64,000 nt of DNA from Arachnia sp. (GCA_035326505.1 DAOLFC010000001.1:5592-69591); one strand, 5' to 3'; shown: positions 44,945 through 54,991, numbered from the stretch's first letter. Translations and numbers: made by a program. Notes: generated by a model not told the origin, from the sequence alone.

Positions 44945-46099
44945 GTGGAATTCTTCTGGGTACTCATGGCCATCATGGGCGTGGCGCTGCTTGTCGGCGG
45001 CGTGATCGTCTATCGCTCGCGCACCAAGGAGGTGGGCGCTCCTCCGGTGAAGCCGGAATTGGAGCAGCCCGTCGCGCCTCCCGCGGAGGACGAAGTCCCT
45101 GTCGCGCCGACGCCCGTCGTGCCGGAGGTGCCGGTTGCGCCACCCGTTGCGCCGGTGCCCAGTCTGGACGCGCCCGAGGCCCCCGCTTCGCGCTTCGCCC
45201 GCCTGCGCCGGCGCCTGGCCAACAGCAACAATGGGCTGGCCCGGGCGCTGGCGGACCTGCTCTCGGCGGACAAGATCGACGAGGAGGTCTGGGACGACTT
45301 CGAGGCCACCCTCATCGCCTCCGACCTGGGCGTCGGACCCACCACTGAACTCACGGAAGCGCTGCGCAAGCAGTTGGCCATCGACGGGGTCTCCGATCCC
45401 GCCAGGGCCAAGCAGGTTCTCACCGCGGAACTCACCAAGCTGGTCGACCCCACCCTCGACCGCTCGCTGAACCTCACCGGCCAGGACGGCAACCCGGCGG
45501 TCGTGCTGGTCGTCGGCGTGAACGGCACCGGCAAGACCACCACCGTCGGCAAGCTGGCCCGCGTGCTCGTCGCCGAGGGCAAGACGGTCCTGCTGGGCGC
45601 GGCCGATACCTTCCGCGCCGCGGCCGGCGAGCAACTGTCCACCTGGGGCGAGCGCGTCGGCGTCGAGACCGTCCGCGGCCCCGAGGGCGGCGACCCCGCC
45701 TCGGTCGCGTTCGACGCGGTCGCCCAGGGCGTGGCGACCGGCACCGACGTGGTGCTCGTCGACACCGCCGGGCGCCTGCACACCAAGACCGGCCTGATGG
45801 ATGAGCTCGGCAAGGTGAAGCGGGTCATCGAGAAGAAGGCCCCGGTGGGCGAGGTGCTGCTCGTGCTCGACGCCACCACCGGCCAGAACGGCATGACCCA
45901 GGCGCGCATCTTCTCCGAGGTGGTCGACGTCACCGGCATCGTCCTCACCAAGCTCGACGGTTCCGCCAAGGGCGGCATCGTGATCCAGGTGCAGCGCGAG
46001 CTGGGCGTGCCCGTCAAGCTGGTCGGGCTCGGCGAGGGCGTCGACGACCTGGCCCCGTTCGACGCGGAGTCCTTCGTCCGCGGCGTGCTGGGGGAGTAG
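44945..46099 (+). CDS. ftsY: signal recognition particle receptor FtsY
   Basis: 384 aa; GTG start; N-terminal TM, Pro/Ala-rich linker, GVNGTGKTTTVGKLA, DTAGRL, TKLDG. Confidence 0.92.
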   Translation: MEFFWVLMAIMGVALLVGGVIVYRSRTKEVGAPPVKPELEQPVAPPAEDEVPVAPTPVVPEVPVAPPVAPVPSLDAPEAPASRFARLRRRLANSNNGLARALADLLSADKIDEEVWDDFEATLIASDLGVGPTTELTEALRKQLAIDGVSDPARAKQVLTAELTKLVDPTLDRSLNLTGQDGNPAVVLVVGVNGTGKTTTVGKLARVLVAEGKTVLLGAADTFRAAAGEQLSTWGERVGVETVRGPEGGDPASVAFDAVAQGVATGTDVVLVDTAGRLHTKTGLMDELGKVKRVIEKKAPVGEVLLVLDATTGQNGMTQARIFSEVVDVTGIVLTKLDGSAKGGIVIQVQRELGVPVKLVGLGEGVDDLAPFDAESFVRGVLGE

Positions 46100-46108
46100 C
46101 CCCCACCC

Positions 46109-46171
46109 GATATCTGTCCCTGCTGCTCGGCGCATGCAATATGTACGCGCCGAGCAGCAGGGACAGATATC
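46109..46171. terminator. 63-nt hairpin with a 25-bp perfect stem between ftsY and ffh
   Basis: gatatctgtccctgctgctcggcgc (46109-46133) / gcgccgagcagcagggacagatatc (46147-46171), 13-nt AT-rich loop; no T-run. Confidence 0.55.
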
Positions 46172-46279
46172 AGGCGGCGACTGGGCCGAGACCGACGCCC
46201 GCGCGCTCCGGCGGGGGTTCAAGTATCCTTGTCCGCGATCACGCACACGATCACGCACATCTGCGAAGGGTTCACCTCA

Positions 46280-47827
46280 GTGTTCGACACTCTGCAAGAC
46301 AGGCTGGCTTCCGTATTCAAGGGCCTGCGCTCCAAAGGCCGCCTGACCGAGGCCGACATCGACGCGACGATGCGCGAGATCCGCATCGCCCTGCTCGAAG
46401 CCGACGTGAATCTGGCCGTCGTCAAGGAGTTCGTCGCGGCGGTCAAGCAGCGGGCGCTGGGCGTCGACGTCAGCCAGGCGCTCAATCCCAGCCAGCAGAT
46501 CATCAAGATCGTCAACGAGGAGCTGATCGTCATCCTCGGCGGCGAGGCCCGCCCGGTGCGCTTCGCCAAGCACCCGCCGACGGTGATCATGCTCGCCGGT
46601 CTCCAGGGCGCCGGCAAGACGACCCTCGCCGGCAAGCTCGCGCGCTACCTGAAGGAGCAGCGACACACGCCGCTGCTGGTCGCCGCCGACCTGCAGCGCC
46701 CCAACGCGGTCACCCAGCTGCAGATCGTCGGCGAGCGCGCGGGCGTGCGCGTCTTCGCGCCGGAGCCCGGCAACGGCGTGGGCGATCCCATCCAGGTGGC
46801 CCGCGACTCGATCGCGCATGCCCGCAACAAGCTGCACGACGTGGTCATCGTCGACACCGCCGGCCGGCTGGGCGTCGATGCCGAGCTGATGCAGCAGGCC
46901 GCGGACATCAAGGCCGCCGTGAATCCCGACGAGACGCTGTTCGTCGTGGATGCGATGATCGGCCAGGACGCGGTCAACACCGCCAAGGCGTTCGATCAGG
47001 GCGTCGGCATCGACGGCGTCGTGCTCACCAAGCTCGACGGCGACGCCCGCGGCGGCGCGGCGCTGTCCATCGCCCGGGTGCTCGGCAAGCCCATCATGTT
47101 CGCCTCCAACGGCGAGGGCCTGACCGATTTCGACCTCTTCCACCCCGACCGGATGGCCAGCCGGATCCTCGGCATGGGAGACATCCTCACGCTGATCGAA
47201 CAGGCTGAGAAGGCCTTCGACGCGGATCAGGCGCGTGCCTCCGCGGAGAAGCTGATGAGCAAGAACCAGTTCGGGCTCCAGGACTTCCTCACCCAGATGC
47301 AGCAGCTGCGCAAGATGGGGCCGATGTCGAAGATCCTCGGCATGCTGCCCGGCGCCGGTCAGTTCAAGCAGGCCATCGAGGAGATCGACGAGCGGGAGAT
47401 CGACCGGGTCGAGGCCATCATCAACTCGATGACCCCGGCGGAGCGCGACGATGTGTCGATCCTCAACGGATCTCGTCGCGCGCGTATCGCCAAGGGCTCC
47501 GGCGTGCAGGTCTCCGATGTGAACCAGCTCGTCAACCGCTTCGTCGAGGCCCGCAAGATGATGGAGTCGATGGCGGGCGGCGGGTTCCCCGGGATGCCGG
47601 GCATGCCCGGGATGCCCGGCGGGGGCCGTCGTCAGATCAAGCAGCAGCCGAAGAAGGCCCCCAAGCGGGGCAAGGGGATCTCCGGCAACCCGGCCAAGCG
47701 CCGCCAGCAGGAGGCGGATCGCGCCGCGGGCCTGCACCGCAGGCCGCAGGCCGAGGCGCCGCAGCCACCGCAGTCCATGGCGGACTTCGAGCTGCCCCCC
47801 GAGCTCAAGAAGATGTTCGACCAGTAG
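46280..47827 (+). CDS. ffh: signal recognition particle protein Ffh
   Basis: 515 aa from GTG 46280 (MFDTLQDRLASVF...); GLQGAGKTT, DTAGRL, TKLDGDARGG, Met/Gly-rich M domain with a basic tail. Confidence 0.95.
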   Translation: MFDTLQDRLASVFKGLRSKGRLTEADIDATMREIRIALLEADVNLAVVKEFVAAVKQRALGVDVSQALNPSQQIIKIVNEELIVILGGEARPVRFAKHPPTVIMLAGLQGAGKTTLAGKLARYLKEQRHTPLLVAADLQRPNAVTQLQIVGERAGVRVFAPEPGNGVGDPIQVARDSIAHARNKLHDVVIVDTAGRLGVDAELMQQAADIKAAVNPDETLFVVDAMIGQDAVNTAKAFDQGVGIDGVVLTKLDGDARGGAALSIARVLGKPIMFASNGEGLTDFDLFHPDRMASRILGMGDILTLIEQAEKAFDADQARASAEKLMSKNQFGLQDFLTQMQQLRKMGPMSKILGMLPGAGQFKQAIEEIDEREIDRVEAIINSMTPAERDDVSILNGSRRARIAKGSGVQVSDVNQLVNRFVEARKMMESMAGGGFPGMPGMPGMPGGGRRQIKQQPKKAPKRGKGISGNPAKRRQQEADRAAGLHRRPQAEAPQPPQSMADFELPPELKKMFDQ

Positions 47828-47871
47828 CACGGCAAGACTCGCCTGATGCCCGCGGTCGAGGATCGACGTCC

Positions 47872-49092
47872 GTGACCGGCCCCCCACCGTCAGCAGCGGC
47901 CCCCGTCCGCGGGCCGGCATGGGAGGTCTTCCGGGTCTTCCTGCGGCTGGGGGCCACGTCGTTCGGCGGCCCGATCGCCCACCTCGGGTACTTCCGCGCC
48001 GAGCTGGTGGAGCGGCGACGATGGCTCGACGACAACGAGTACGCGGATCTGGTCGCGCTCTGCCAATTCCTCCCCGGCCCCGCGTCGAGCCAGGTGGGTT
48101 TCGCGATCGGCCTGCTCCGGGCCGGCTGGCGCGGCGCCCTCGCGGCCTTCGCGGCGTTCACGCTCCCGTCCGCGGCGCTGATGGTGGCCTTCGCCTACGG
48201 GGCCGCCGCCTTCGCGGGACCGGTCGGTGCCGGGCTGCTCGCCGGGCTGAAGGTGGTGGCGGTGGCCATCGTCGCCCACGCGGTGCTCGGCATGGTCAAG
48301 ACCCTCGCCCCGGACAGCCGGCGCGCGTCGATCCTGGCGCTGGCGGCGATCTCCGCGCTGCTCCTGCCGGGGGCAGGAGGCCAGGTCGTCGCGATCCTCC
48401 TCGGCGCGGTCGCGGGACTCCTGTTCTGCCGCGGACCGGGCGCGCCGCCCGGCAGGACGCTGAGCTTCCCGGTGCGGCGCCGGACGGGCGTGGTCAGCTT
48501 GGTCCTGTTCGGGGCGTTGCTGGCCGGCGGGCCGGCGCTCCTGCATGCCACCGGGTCCGGGGGTGCGGCGCTCTTCGCGGTGTTCTCCCGCGCCGGCGCG
48601 CTGGTCTTCGGCGGCGGCCATGTGGTGCTGCCGCTGCTCCAGGCCGGGCTGGTCGAGCCCGGATGGGTGTCCGGCGCGGACTTCCTCGCCGGGTACGGTG
48701 CGGCGCAGGCCCTCCCGGGCCCCCTATTCGCTTTCGCCGCCTTTCTCGGCGCCCTCTCTCCGGTCGGTCCCGGCGGCCTCCTCGGAGCCCTGATCGCGCT
48801 CGTCGCGATCTTCCTGCCGGGGTTCTTGCTGCTCTTGGGTGCGCTACCGTTCTGGAATGCGCTGCGGCGTCGGACGGGGGCGGAGGCCGCGATGCGCGGC
48901 GTCAATGCCGCGGTGGTGGGCATCCTCGTCGCCGCCCTCTACACACCGGTCTTCTCGACGGCGATCACCGGCCCCGCGACGTTCTGCCTGGGGCTGGTCT
49001 GCTTCGTGCTGCTGGTCGCCTGGCGGCTGCCGCCCTGGGTGGTCGTGCTCGTCGGTGCTGCGGGCGGCACGGCGCTGTCGCTCGTGGCATAG
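47872..49092 (+). CDS. chrA: chromate transporter ChrA (two-domain CHR family)
   Basis: 406 aa; FLRLGATSFGGPIAHLGYFR...LCQFLPGPASSQ in the first half and a second FGGGHVVLPLL half. Confidence 0.85.
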   Translation: MTGPPPSAAAPVRGPAWEVFRVFLRLGATSFGGPIAHLGYFRAELVERRRWLDDNEYADLVALCQFLPGPASSQVGFAIGLLRAGWRGALAAFAAFTLPSAALMVAFAYGAAAFAGPVGAGLLAGLKVVAVAIVAHAVLGMVKTLAPDSRRASILALAAISALLLPGAGGQVVAILLGAVAGLLFCRGPGAPPGRTLSFPVRRRTGVVSLVLFGALLAGGPALLHATGSGGAALFAVFSRAGALVFGGGHVVLPLLQAGLVEPGWVSGADFLAGYGAAQALPGPLFAFAAFLGALSPVGPGGLLGALIALVAIFLPGFLLLLGALPFWNALRRRTGAEAAMRGVNAAVVGILVAALYTPVFSTAITGPATFCLGLVCFVLLVAWRLPPWVVVLVGAAGGTALSLVA

Positions 49093-49102
49093 AAACCCCG
49101 GT

Positions 49103-50224
49103 TCACCGGGGAATGGCGTGGACCGGACCGCGCAGCGACGCGTGCAGCCTCGATCCGACGGGGAAGCGCGCGTCACCGGGGGCGAGCGCCATGAGGGCCT
49201 CGCCGCTTTCCGCCACGCGGAGGTGGTACAGCGTCGAGGGCCCCCGGTACTCCATGGCGCGCACGGTGACGGGGGTCGACGCCGCGCCGGTCGGGCTGCC
49301 GGCGACGCGCAGGTGCTCGGGGCGCACGACGAGCTGCACGTCCCCGGCGGGCGGGGGAGCGTCGTCCGGGAGCGGGGCGACCTCCGGGGACCCCAGAGCG
49401 CAGTGCGCGCGCCGGCCGTCGCTGATTCCCCGGAGGATGCTGCACTCGCCGAGGAAGCCGGCGGTCCAGGCGTCGACGGGGGCGCGGTAGAGGTCTGACG
49501 GGCTCCCGGTCTGCACGATGCGGCCGGCGCGCATGATCGCGATCCGGTCGGCCATCGAGAGCGCCTCGGTCTGATCGTGGGTCACCAGGATCGCGGTGGC
49601 CGCGGTGCGGCGCAGGATCTCGCGCACGTCGGTGCGCAGCTGCACCCGGAGGGAGGCGTCCAGCGCGCCGAAGGCCTCGTCGAGGAGGACGATCGCCGGT
49701 CCGGGAGCCAGCGCGCGGGCGAGCGCGACGCGCTGGCGCTCGCCGCCGGAGAGCTCGTCGGGGAAGCGGCGCGCAAAGTCGCTCAGGCCCACCACCTCCA
49801 GCAGCTCCTGAACCCGACGCCGCCGCGCGGCGCGGTCCGGCCGGCGCCGGCCGTTGCCTCGGGAGAGCAACCCGAACTCGACGTTGGCGGCGACGTCGCG
49901 ATGGGGGAACAGCGCCGAGTCCTGCGGCACCAGGCCCACGCCGCGACGCTCGGGCGCCAGGCCGCGCGACCCGTCGACGACGACCCGGCCGCCCAACTCG
50001 ATCCGCCCGTCGTCGGCCGGGTGAAGACCGGCGATCACGCGGAGCAGCGTGCTCTTGCCGCAGCCGCTGGGGCCGAGGATGGCCAGGAGCTCCCCCTCGC
50101 GCACCGTCAGGCTGACCTCGTGCAGCACCACCTCGCGGACGGTGCGGGCGCGCGAGCGGTAGCCGGCGACGATCTTCGACGCGACGAGCGCCGGGGCGTC
50201 GGGGGAGGGGGTGTGGGGGGTCAT
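49103..50224 (-). CDS. Fe3+/polyamine-type ABC importer ATP-binding protein
   Basis: 373 aa from ATG 50224, overlapping the permease stop (ATGA); GPSGCGKST, LSGGERQRVALARAL, VLLDEAF. Confidence 0.85.
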   Translation of the reverse strand: MTPHTPSPDAPALVASKIVAGYRSRARTVREVVLHEVSLTVREGELLAILGPSGCGKSTLLRVIAGLHPADDGRIELGGRVVVDGSRGLAPERRGVGLVPQDSALFPHRDVAANVEFGLLSRGNGRRRPDRAARRRRVQELLEVVGLSDFARRFPDELSGGERQRVALARALAPGPAIVLLDEAFGALDASLRVQLRTDVREILRRTAATAILVTHDQTEALSMADRIAIMRAGRIVQTGSPSDLYRAPVDAWTAGFLGECSILRGISDGRRAHCALGSPEVAPLPDDAPPPAGDVQLVVRPEHLRVAGSPTGAASTPVTVRAMEYRGPSTLYHLRVAESGEALMALAPGDARFPVGSRLHASLRGPVHAIPR

Positions 50225-51807
50225 GGCGTCCGTCCGGAATGCTGTGCGAGCAGGAATGCGGGAATGCTGCCGGTCAGGATCAGCGCGATCGCGTACGGCG
50301 CGGCCGCCCCGTAGGCCGCGATGTCGGTCAGCTGCCACAGCCGGGTGGCGAGGGTGTCGATGCCGGTGGGCCGCATCATGAGGGTGGCGGGCAGTTCCTT
50401 CATGACGGTGAGGGCGACGAGCAGCGCGCCGGTCATCACTCCCGGCCAGGCGAGGCGGCCCGTGACGGCGGTCCAGGTGCCCCATCCGGTGCGGCCGAGG
50501 CTCCGCGCCGCGTCCTCCAGGCCGGGCGGGACCTGCGCGATCGCGGCCCGGGCCGAGCCCGCGGACTTCGGCGCGAACAGGATGCCGTAGGCGATCGCCA
50601 GCACGGCGAGCGTCTGGTAGAGCGCGGGGACGAGGGCGAGCGTCAGGTAGACCATGGAGAGGCCCAGCACGATCCCGGGGAGCCCGTGTCCCAGGTAGGT
50701 GGCGGTCTCCACGCCCGCGACCAGTCGCGTGCGATGGCGGGCGGACAGAGCGGCGATGGGGAGGGCGAGCGCCGTGGCGAGCACCGCCCCGGCGAGGCCG
50801 AGCAGCACGGTGGTTGCCGTGGCCTCCAGGAGCCGGGCGGTCTCGATCTCCCGGTTCGCCACGCTGCGCACGGCGCGGTCCAGCAGCGTCGCGACCGGCA
50901 CGCCGACGGCGGCCAGGAAAACCAGCCCGAGGCCCGCCGCCGCAGCCGCCTGCCGGCCGGGGCTCAGCCGGATCCGGTCGGACTCCGACTCGTAGCGCAC
51001 CCGCTCGTAGGCCACCGCCCGTCGCCGGAGGGATCGTTCCGCGACGACGAGCAGCAGCGCGAGCGCGACGAGGACCAGCGATAGAGTGATCGCCAGCGCG
51101 CGGTTGAAGGTGCCGGAGAAGGCGGTGTGGATGGCCCAGGTGAAGGCCGGGTAGCGCATGATCGCGACCACCCCGAAGTCGGAGATGGTGTACAGCCCCA
51201 CCAGCAGGGCGCCGGCGCCCGCGGCCGGAGCAACCTGGGGCAGGGTGGCGACGAGGAAGCCGCGCAGCGGGCCGGCGCCGAGCGTTCGTGCGACGCCCTC
51301 CGGCACCAGGTCGGCTCGGCGCAGCGCCGCCGCGACGGGGAGGCTCACGTAGGGCGTCGACACCAGGACGAGCACCACGAAGGCGCCCCAGAAGCCGCGC
51401 AGCGGGGTCAGCGTGACCCACGCGAAACCGGCCACATAGGAGGGGATCGCCAGCGGAAGCGCGGCGAGCACCTGCCAGGCCCGTCGTGCGCGAAGATCGG
51501 TGCGCGCCAGGAGGAAGCCGGTGGGCACGCCGAGCGCCAGCGTGCCGGCGATGACGCAGAGCGCCAGCCCGACGGTGCTGCCCAGCAGGCGGAGGGTGCG
51601 CGGGCGCAGGAAGGCCGCGCGAGCTGCCCCGGCCGGTTCCCGGGACAGCTCGACGAGAAGGAAGGCCGCGGGCGTCGCGATGATCGCCGCGGCGGCCACC
51701 GCGAGCAGCAGTACAACGGGGGCGGGCCCCCGCGCCTGCCGGGGGGCGATGCGCGCACCAACCGGCCGACGCGCGGGGACGCGTCGGCCGGTGTGGGAGG
51801 CGGTCAT
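50221..51807 (-). CDS. iron(III)-type ABC importer permease (two fused permease modules)
   Basis: 528 aa from ATG 51807; about 12 TM, duplicated architecture as in FbpB-like permeases. Confidence 0.8.
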   Translation of the reverse strand: MTASHTGRRVPARRPVGARIAPRQARGPAPVVLLLAVAAAAIIATPAAFLLVELSREPAGAARAAFLRPRTLRLLGSTVGLALCVIAGTLALGVPTGFLLARTDLRARRAWQVLAALPLAIPSYVAGFAWVTLTPLRGFWGAFVVLVLVSTPYVSLPVAAALRRADLVPEGVARTLGAGPLRGFLVATLPQVAPAAGAGALLVGLYTISDFGVVAIMRYPAFTWAIHTAFSGTFNRALAITLSLVLVALALLLVVAERSLRRRAVAYERVRYESESDRIRLSPGRQAAAAAGLGLVFLAAVGVPVATLLDRAVRSVANREIETARLLEATATTVLLGLAGAVLATALALPIAALSARHRTRLVAGVETATYLGHGLPGIVLGLSMVYLTLALVPALYQTLAVLAIAYGILFAPKSAGSARAAIAQVPPGLEDAARSLGRTGWGTWTAVTGRLAWPGVMTGALLVALTVMKELPATLMMRPTGIDTLATRLWQLTDIAAYGAAAPYAIALILTGSIPAFLLAQHSGRTP

Positions 51808-51809
51808 CG

Positions 51810-52922
51810 TCAGCCGACCGTGAGGCCCGCCTCGTCGATCAGAGCCGCGCTCTCCGCCACCGTGCCCAGGTCGGACAGGTCGATGTCGGGGCCGCGCAGC
51901 GTCTCCAGCGGGGGCACACCCTCCGGTCCGGGGACTCCCGGGACCAGCGGGTACTCGAACTCCTCCTCGGCGAAGTACCGCTGAGCCTCCTCGGAGAGGA
52001 GGAAGTCGACGAAGGCCCGAGCGTCGGGGTTGTCGGCCGCCGAGTTCAGGATCCCGACGCCGGTGGCGTTGACCAGGGCCGCGACATCGCCGGGGGCGCC
52101 GAAGGCGAGCTTCGCGCGCATGTTCTCGGCGCCCTGCTCCGCGGCCGCGGAGAACCAGTAGTAGTGGTTGATCAGGCCGAGCTGGATCTCGCCGGCGTTG
52201 ACCGCCTCGAGGATCGCGCCGTTCCTCTCGTAGGTCTTGGCCTCGTTGGCGACCAGCGCGGCCAGCCACTCGGCGGTGGCCTCCTCGCCGTCGACCAGGC
52301 GCATCGCCGTGATGAAGGAAAGGAACGACGCGTTGCCGGGCGCGACGCCGATCTGTCCGGCCCAGCGGGGATCCAGCAGCTCGGCGGTGGTGGTCGGCGC
52401 GTCCGCCTCCGAGACCTGCTCGGAGTCGTAGGCCACGACGCGGGCGCGCCCGGTCACTCCCACCCAGGTGCCGTCGTTGGCCGAGTAGGCCTCGGGCACC
52501 TGGGAGAGGACTTCGTCGGGGAGGGCGCTGAGGAGGCCCTCGGCGCCGAGGAGGCCCAGCGCGCCGGCCTCCTGGGAGAGGAAGACCTGGGCGGGGCTGT
52601 TCTCGCCCTCGGTGAGCAGGAGCTGCGCCTGCTCGGCGCTGCCGGCGTAGCGGACGTCGGTCTGGATGCCGGTCGCCTGTTCGAACTTCTCGATCAGCGG
52701 GCCGACGAGGTCCTCGCCGCGGCCGGAGTAGACGACGAGCGGGCCGGTGGCCGGCTCGGTCTCGGCGGGCGTCGTCTCGGGGGCCGCGGGGGTCGTGGTG
52801 GGGGCGGTGGTCTGGGTGGGCTCGGAGCCGCCGCAGCCGGTCAGGCTCAGGGCCAGGCCCGTGGCGCTCACCAGTGCGAGTGCGGTGCGTCGTGCGAAGC
52901 GCATCAGCGTGTACGTCCTCAT
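51810..52922 (-). CDS. iron(III)-type ABC importer substrate-binding lipoprotein
   Basis: 370 aa; signal plus lipobox LSLTGC; family-1 SBP. Confidence 0.8.
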   Translation of the reverse strand: MRTYTLMRFARRTALALVSATGLALSLTGCGGSEPTQTTAPTTTPAAPETTPAETEPATGPLVVYSGRGEDLVGPLIEKFEQATGIQTDVRYAGSAEQAQLLLTEGENSPAQVFLSQEAGALGLLGAEGLLSALPDEVLSQVPEAYSANDGTWVGVTGRARVVAYDSEQVSEADAPTTTAELLDPRWAGQIGVAPGNASFLSFITAMRLVDGEEATAEWLAALVANEAKTYERNGAILEAVNAGEIQLGLINHYYWFSAAAEQGAENMRAKLAFGAPGDVAALVNATGVGILNSAADNPDARAFVDFLLSEEAQRYFAEEEFEYPLVPGVPGPEGVPPLETLRGPDIDLSDLGTVAESAALIDEAGLTVG

Positions 52923-52979
52923 GGTTGGGGATACGAATGCCTCGGCCTCCGACGAAGCCGGAACGGCCGCCGGCGCTGG

Positions 52980-52998
52980 TTAGGTTATCCTTAGCCTG
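52980..52998 (-). promoter_or_regulatory. weak IdeR/DtxR-like iron box upstream of the Fe ABC importer
   Basis: Minus strand reads CAGGCTAAGGATAACCTAA, 13/19 to TTAGGTTAGGCTAACCTAA with a perfect right half; 58-76 nt upstream of SBP start 52922. Confidence 0.35.
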
Positions 52999-53054
52999 CC
53001 CGGAAGGAAGCCCCCGAATACAGGGGGGGTGCCGATCATTCGTGGGGGTGAGAA

Positions 53055-53702
53055 ATGCCACTTGCGCAGGCCACGCGCGTTCAGGCCACACGGCGCGTCC
53101 TCGTCGTCGACGACCACCTGGTGCTCGCCGAACTCATCGCCCAGACCATCGACGCCAGCCCCGACGGCGAGTGCGTCGCGATCGCCGCGGACATCGACGC
53201 GGCGCTCAGCCTGGCCGGGAGCACCCGGCCCGACACGATCATCATGGACGCCCAGCTGCCATCGGGGGACGGGGTCGCGGCGCTGCCCGGGTTGCGGGAC
53301 TCGCTGCCGGAGGCGCGGGTGATCGTGCTCACCGGCCGGCCCCGGCCCGATCGGGAGCGGGCGGCGTTCGAGGCCGGAGCCGTGGGGTACCTCGGCAAGG
53401 ACGCGCCGCTGGAGACGCTCATGGACGCCGTCAGGAACGCGACGCGCAGCGCGCCCGCCCGCGATCCGCGGCTGCGGGAGCGTGCGGCCGCCGCGGCCGC
53501 CAAGGCGCTGTCGCCCCGCGAGCGCGAGGTGCTGGCGCTGCTCGCGGAGGGCCGCTACGTGCAGGAGATCGCCGGGGAGCTCGGGCTGAGCGTCCACACG
53601 ACGAGGGACTACGTCAAGACCATCCTGGCCAAGCTGGGGGCCGGCTCGCAGCTCGAGGCCGTGGCGATGGCGGCCCGCGAAGGGCTCGTGCGGGTCGGGT
53701 GA
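53055..53702 (+). CDS. NarL/LuxR-family response regulator
   Basis: 215 aa; receiver (VLVVDDH ... IIMDAQLP) plus LuxR HTH LSPREREVLALLAEGRYVQEIAGELGLSVHTTRDYVKTI. Confidence 0.85.
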   Translation: MPLAQATRVQATRRVLVVDDHLVLAELIAQTIDASPDGECVAIAADIDAALSLAGSTRPDTIIMDAQLPSGDGVAALPGLRDSLPEARVIVLTGRPRPDRERAAFEAGAVGYLGKDAPLETLMDAVRNATRSAPARDPRLRERAAAAAAKALSPREREVLALLAEGRYVQEIAGELGLSVHTTRDYVKTILAKLGAGSQLEAVAMAAREGLVRVG

Positions 53703-53704
53703 CC

Positions 53705-54991
53705 ATGGCCGCCGCTCCCCGCCCGCTGCTGCAGTTCGTCGCCTCCGCCGTGTTCGTGCTGATGGCGGTGACGGCGGGCAGCGTCGGCTGGGTGACCTGG
53801 ATCGCGCACGCCGAGGCGCGGCAGAGCGCCGGCGACGCGGCGACCTCGTTCGCCCAGACGGTGGTCTCCCCGCTGCGCGTCGCGGACCTGGAACACAGCA
53901 CGCATGCCGATACCCGCTCGATGCTCGACCAGGCTGTGGTCGGTCTGCTCGAGGACGGCGAGGCCTATCGGGTGAAGATCTGGCGGGTCGAGGACGGCGG
54001 CGTCGCGCGGATCGTCTACTCCGACCTCACAGCGCTCGAGGGCACCAGGGTTCCGGTCAACCGCTACCTCCAGGAGGCGCTCGACACGGGGGAGCCGGTC
54101 GTCGTTCCCGTGCCCGCCGACGTCGCCCACGAGAACGAGCAGCGGCCCGGCACACATGCCCTCGAGGTGTACCTGCCGTTCGAGGATGCCGTCGGCACGG
54201 TGGCGGTCGCCGAGCTGTATCGCACCGCCGAGACCGGGTTGCGGATCCGGGAGCTGCTGATCCACACGCTGCCCGTCGCGATCGGCGGGCCGATCCTGTT
54301 GAGCGTGCTCACGCTGCCGCTGGCCATGCGGCTCGTGCAGACCCAGGCCACCGCCGAGGCGGCGCGCCGCGCCTCCGTGGAGCACGCGCTGGCCGCGTCG
54401 GAGAACGAGCGCCGCCGGTTGGCGGGGCTGCTGCACGACGGGCCGGTGCAGGATCTGGCCGCGCTCGGGATGATGCTGGAGCGGTCGGGCGCCCCGGGGG
54501 CGGTCCTGGACGGGAGGGACGCCGCCGAGCGCGTCCGCGCCCAGGTCGGGCGGCTGCGCGTGCTCCTGGACGACCTCGACCCGATCGAGGAGGACGACGG
54601 CGACCTGCGGCGCTCGCTCCGCACCGCGGCGGAGGCCGTGGCGGGGGATGCGGTGAACGTGACGATCCGGGGGAGCGAGCTGCGCGAACTCGACCCTGCC
54701 CGGCGGGCACTGATCCAGCGGTGCAGCCTGGAGCTGCTGCGCAATGCTCTCGCCCACGCCGACCCGGGCACGGTCGACGTGTGCTTCATGGCCGATCCGG
54801 ACCGGGTGCGAGTGCTGGTGGAGGACGACGGATGCGGCTTCGATCAGGCCGAGACCCCGGAGGGCCATCATGGACTCCACCTGGTGCGCGCTGCGGTCCG
54901 GGACGTCGGCGGAACGATGTCCGTCGCGAGCGGCCGCGACGGCACGCGGATCGTCCTGGAGATGCCCAGCCGTGCAGCCGGTGCTCGGTAG
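53705..54991 (+). CDS. sensor histidine kinase (HisKA_3 class)
   Basis: 428 aa from ATG 53705; two TM flanking an extracytoplasmic domain; H-box LLHDGPVQDL; VEDDGCGF ATPase region. Confidence 0.85.
   Translation: MAAAPRPLLQFVASAVFVLMAVTAGSVGWVTWIAHAEARQSAGDAATSFAQTVVSPLRVADLEHSTHADTRSMLDQAVVGLLEDGEAYRVKIWRVEDGGVARIVYSDLTALEGTRVPVNRYLQEALDTGEPVVVPVPADVAHENEQRPGTHALEVYLPFEDAVGTVAVAELYRTAETGLRIRELLIHTLPVAIGGPILLSVLTLPLAMRLVQTQATAEAARRASVEHALAASENERRRLAGLLHDGPVQDLAALGMMLERSGAPGAVLDGRDAAERVRAQVGRLRVLLDDLDPIEEDDGDLRRSLRTAAEAVAGDAVNVTIRGSELRELDPARRALIQRCSLELLRNALAHADPGTVDVCFMADPDRVRVLVEDDGCGFDQAETPEGHHGLHLVRAAVRDVGGTMSVASGRDGTRIVLEMPSRAAGAR

Noticed and set aside
46134-46346. 70-codon ORF spanning the loop and right arm of the ftsY-ffh hairpin and running into ffh
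   Set aside because: Its start lies inside the hairpin loop, there is no RBS, the composition is atypical, and it overlaps the well-supported ffh start region. Considered spurious.
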